Shown here: positions 62,769 through 64,000 of the stretch, piece by piece
How the letters are laid out: every line of letters begins with the position of its first letter
Numbering within the stretch: position 1 is the first letter of the stretch
Assembly: GCA_951406725.2 (NCBI GenBank)
Contig: OX597822.1
Coordinates: 22,444,001-22,508,000, forward strand
DNA: 64,000 nucleotides
Source of the DNA: Octopus vulgaris
Taxonomy: Eukaryota
Direction of reading: 5' to 3'
Made by a program: the position numbers and the translations under genes
The notes under the pieces: generated by a model
What the model saw: only the letters and a program-made list of their open reading frames with translations
Database searches by the model: none
What the model was told of the DNA's origin: nothing

Positions 62769-63211
62769 GAAGATAGAATATATTGGAAACTTTATTTATC
62801 ACATCGATCATTTTGACACATCCTGCACTGCTTCCTCATGGGGAACTATACAATGAATTCCAGTGCTTCCAGCAATACTAAAGCATCACTTCAGGTGATA
62901 TAACTTGATTTCTCATTACATAATTAACGTTTTGCTCTTAACCTTAACTAGAGCATGTTGGTAATAATCATATCTAAAATACATATCTAAAGTGTATTTT
63001 AGATACAACTACTACCAACATGCTCTAGTTAAGCTTAAGAGTAAAACGCCAATTATGTAATGAGAAACCAAATTATGTCATCTGAAGTGATGCTTCTGCA
63101 CTGCAGGAAACAATGAAATTCATTGTATAATTTCACACAAATGAGGGAACAGTGCAGAATGCATTAAAATAATTGTTGTGATAAATAAAGATTCCAGTAT
63201 ATTCTATCTTC
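62769..63211. repeat. 443-bp fold-back palindrome with about 215-bp arms
   Basis: From gaagatagaatatattggaa to ttccagtatattctatcttc, axis about 62987, loop about 7 nt. Confidence 0.92.
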
Positions 63212-63229
63212 CATACCAATTGTTTCTAC

Positions 63230-63232
63230 TGT

Positions 63233-63280
<48 letters not shown>

Positions 63281-63495
63281 TTATGTGTGCATGTCTTTGT
63301 GTCTGTGTTTGTAGCCCACCTCCGCTTCACAACCAGCATTGGTGTGTTTACATTCCATTAATTTAGCAGTTTGACGAAAGTACCAGGCTTAAAAAATAAG
63401 TCCTGGGGTTAATTTGTTTGACTAAGACCCTTCAGGGCAGTGCCCCAGTATGGCCACAGTCTAATGACTGAAATAGGTAAAAGATAAAAGATAAA
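63230..63495 (+). mobile_element. 3' half of an older SINE family A; another degenerate copy follows to about 63835
   Basis: (GT)n...tgtctgtgtttg...taagtcctggggtt...gactgaaataggtaaaagataaaagata. Confidence 0.8.
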
Positions 63496-63629
63496 AAAGC
63501 CTGACCATACAACGGGTGATGTAAAATACCTGAGGCATGTGTCCTTTAATACAGCCTTTAGTTGATCAATGTCTTGTGAATGAATTTGGTTGACAGAAAC
63601 TGTGTGGAAGCCTGTTGTGTGTGCATATA

Positions 63630-63660
<31 letters not shown>

Positions 63661-64000
63661 CTACTACTTGACACGCATTGGCTTGTTTACATTCCAGAAA
63701 CTTGGCAGTTCAGCATGAGAACTGATTGAATAAGTACCAGAATTGAGAAAATAAAATACTAGAGGACAATTTGTTTGATTAAATCCTTCTAGGAAATGCC
63801 CCAGAATGATCACAGTTCAGTCACTGAAACAAATAAAACCTCTTAGGAATTCTAAACTTGGGTACAATAATCATCTAAAATGGTTTCCAGTGTTCCTTTC
63901 ATGTTGCTCAATATGTGGAAGTATGGCTTCTACAAAAAGGAACATACTGATGTAGCCGAACCCTAGTATGGTATTAAGTGAACACTTGAGAATTGTCGTA

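Overview
AT-rich, intron- and microsatellite-rich animal genomic DNA. The tRNA-derived SINE families and (TA)n/(GT)n/(GATA)n load suggest an octopus or related coleoid cephalopod (inference from recall, not a database result). The only host gene I can support is the 3' end of an M1-family aminopeptidase (aminopeptidase N/ERAP1-C-like) on +: four coding exons at 2139-2306, 5634-5774, 10792-10873 and 11931-12071, with canonical GT-AG sites and consistent phase. The rest is mostly mobile DNA: several modular tRNA-headed SINE families (labelled A-D here), a full-length decayed mariner, a Tc1 transposase pseudogene, RTE- and Tx1-clade LINE remnants, piggyBac-type and pogo-type MITEs, and long fold-back elements. 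The most interesting signal is a set of minimal type I hammerhead ribozyme motifs in short elements rich in inverted repeats, a Penelope-like/retrozyme architecture. Two have intact cores (9452-9492 and 38855-38942, both minus strand). A TSD-flanked head-to-head palindrome (39817-40453) joins a tRNA-like Pol III promoter to a hammerhead in each arm. One SINE family also appears to share its 3' tail with the Tx1 LINE. Most ORFs in the supplied track are microsatellite or SINE artefacts.
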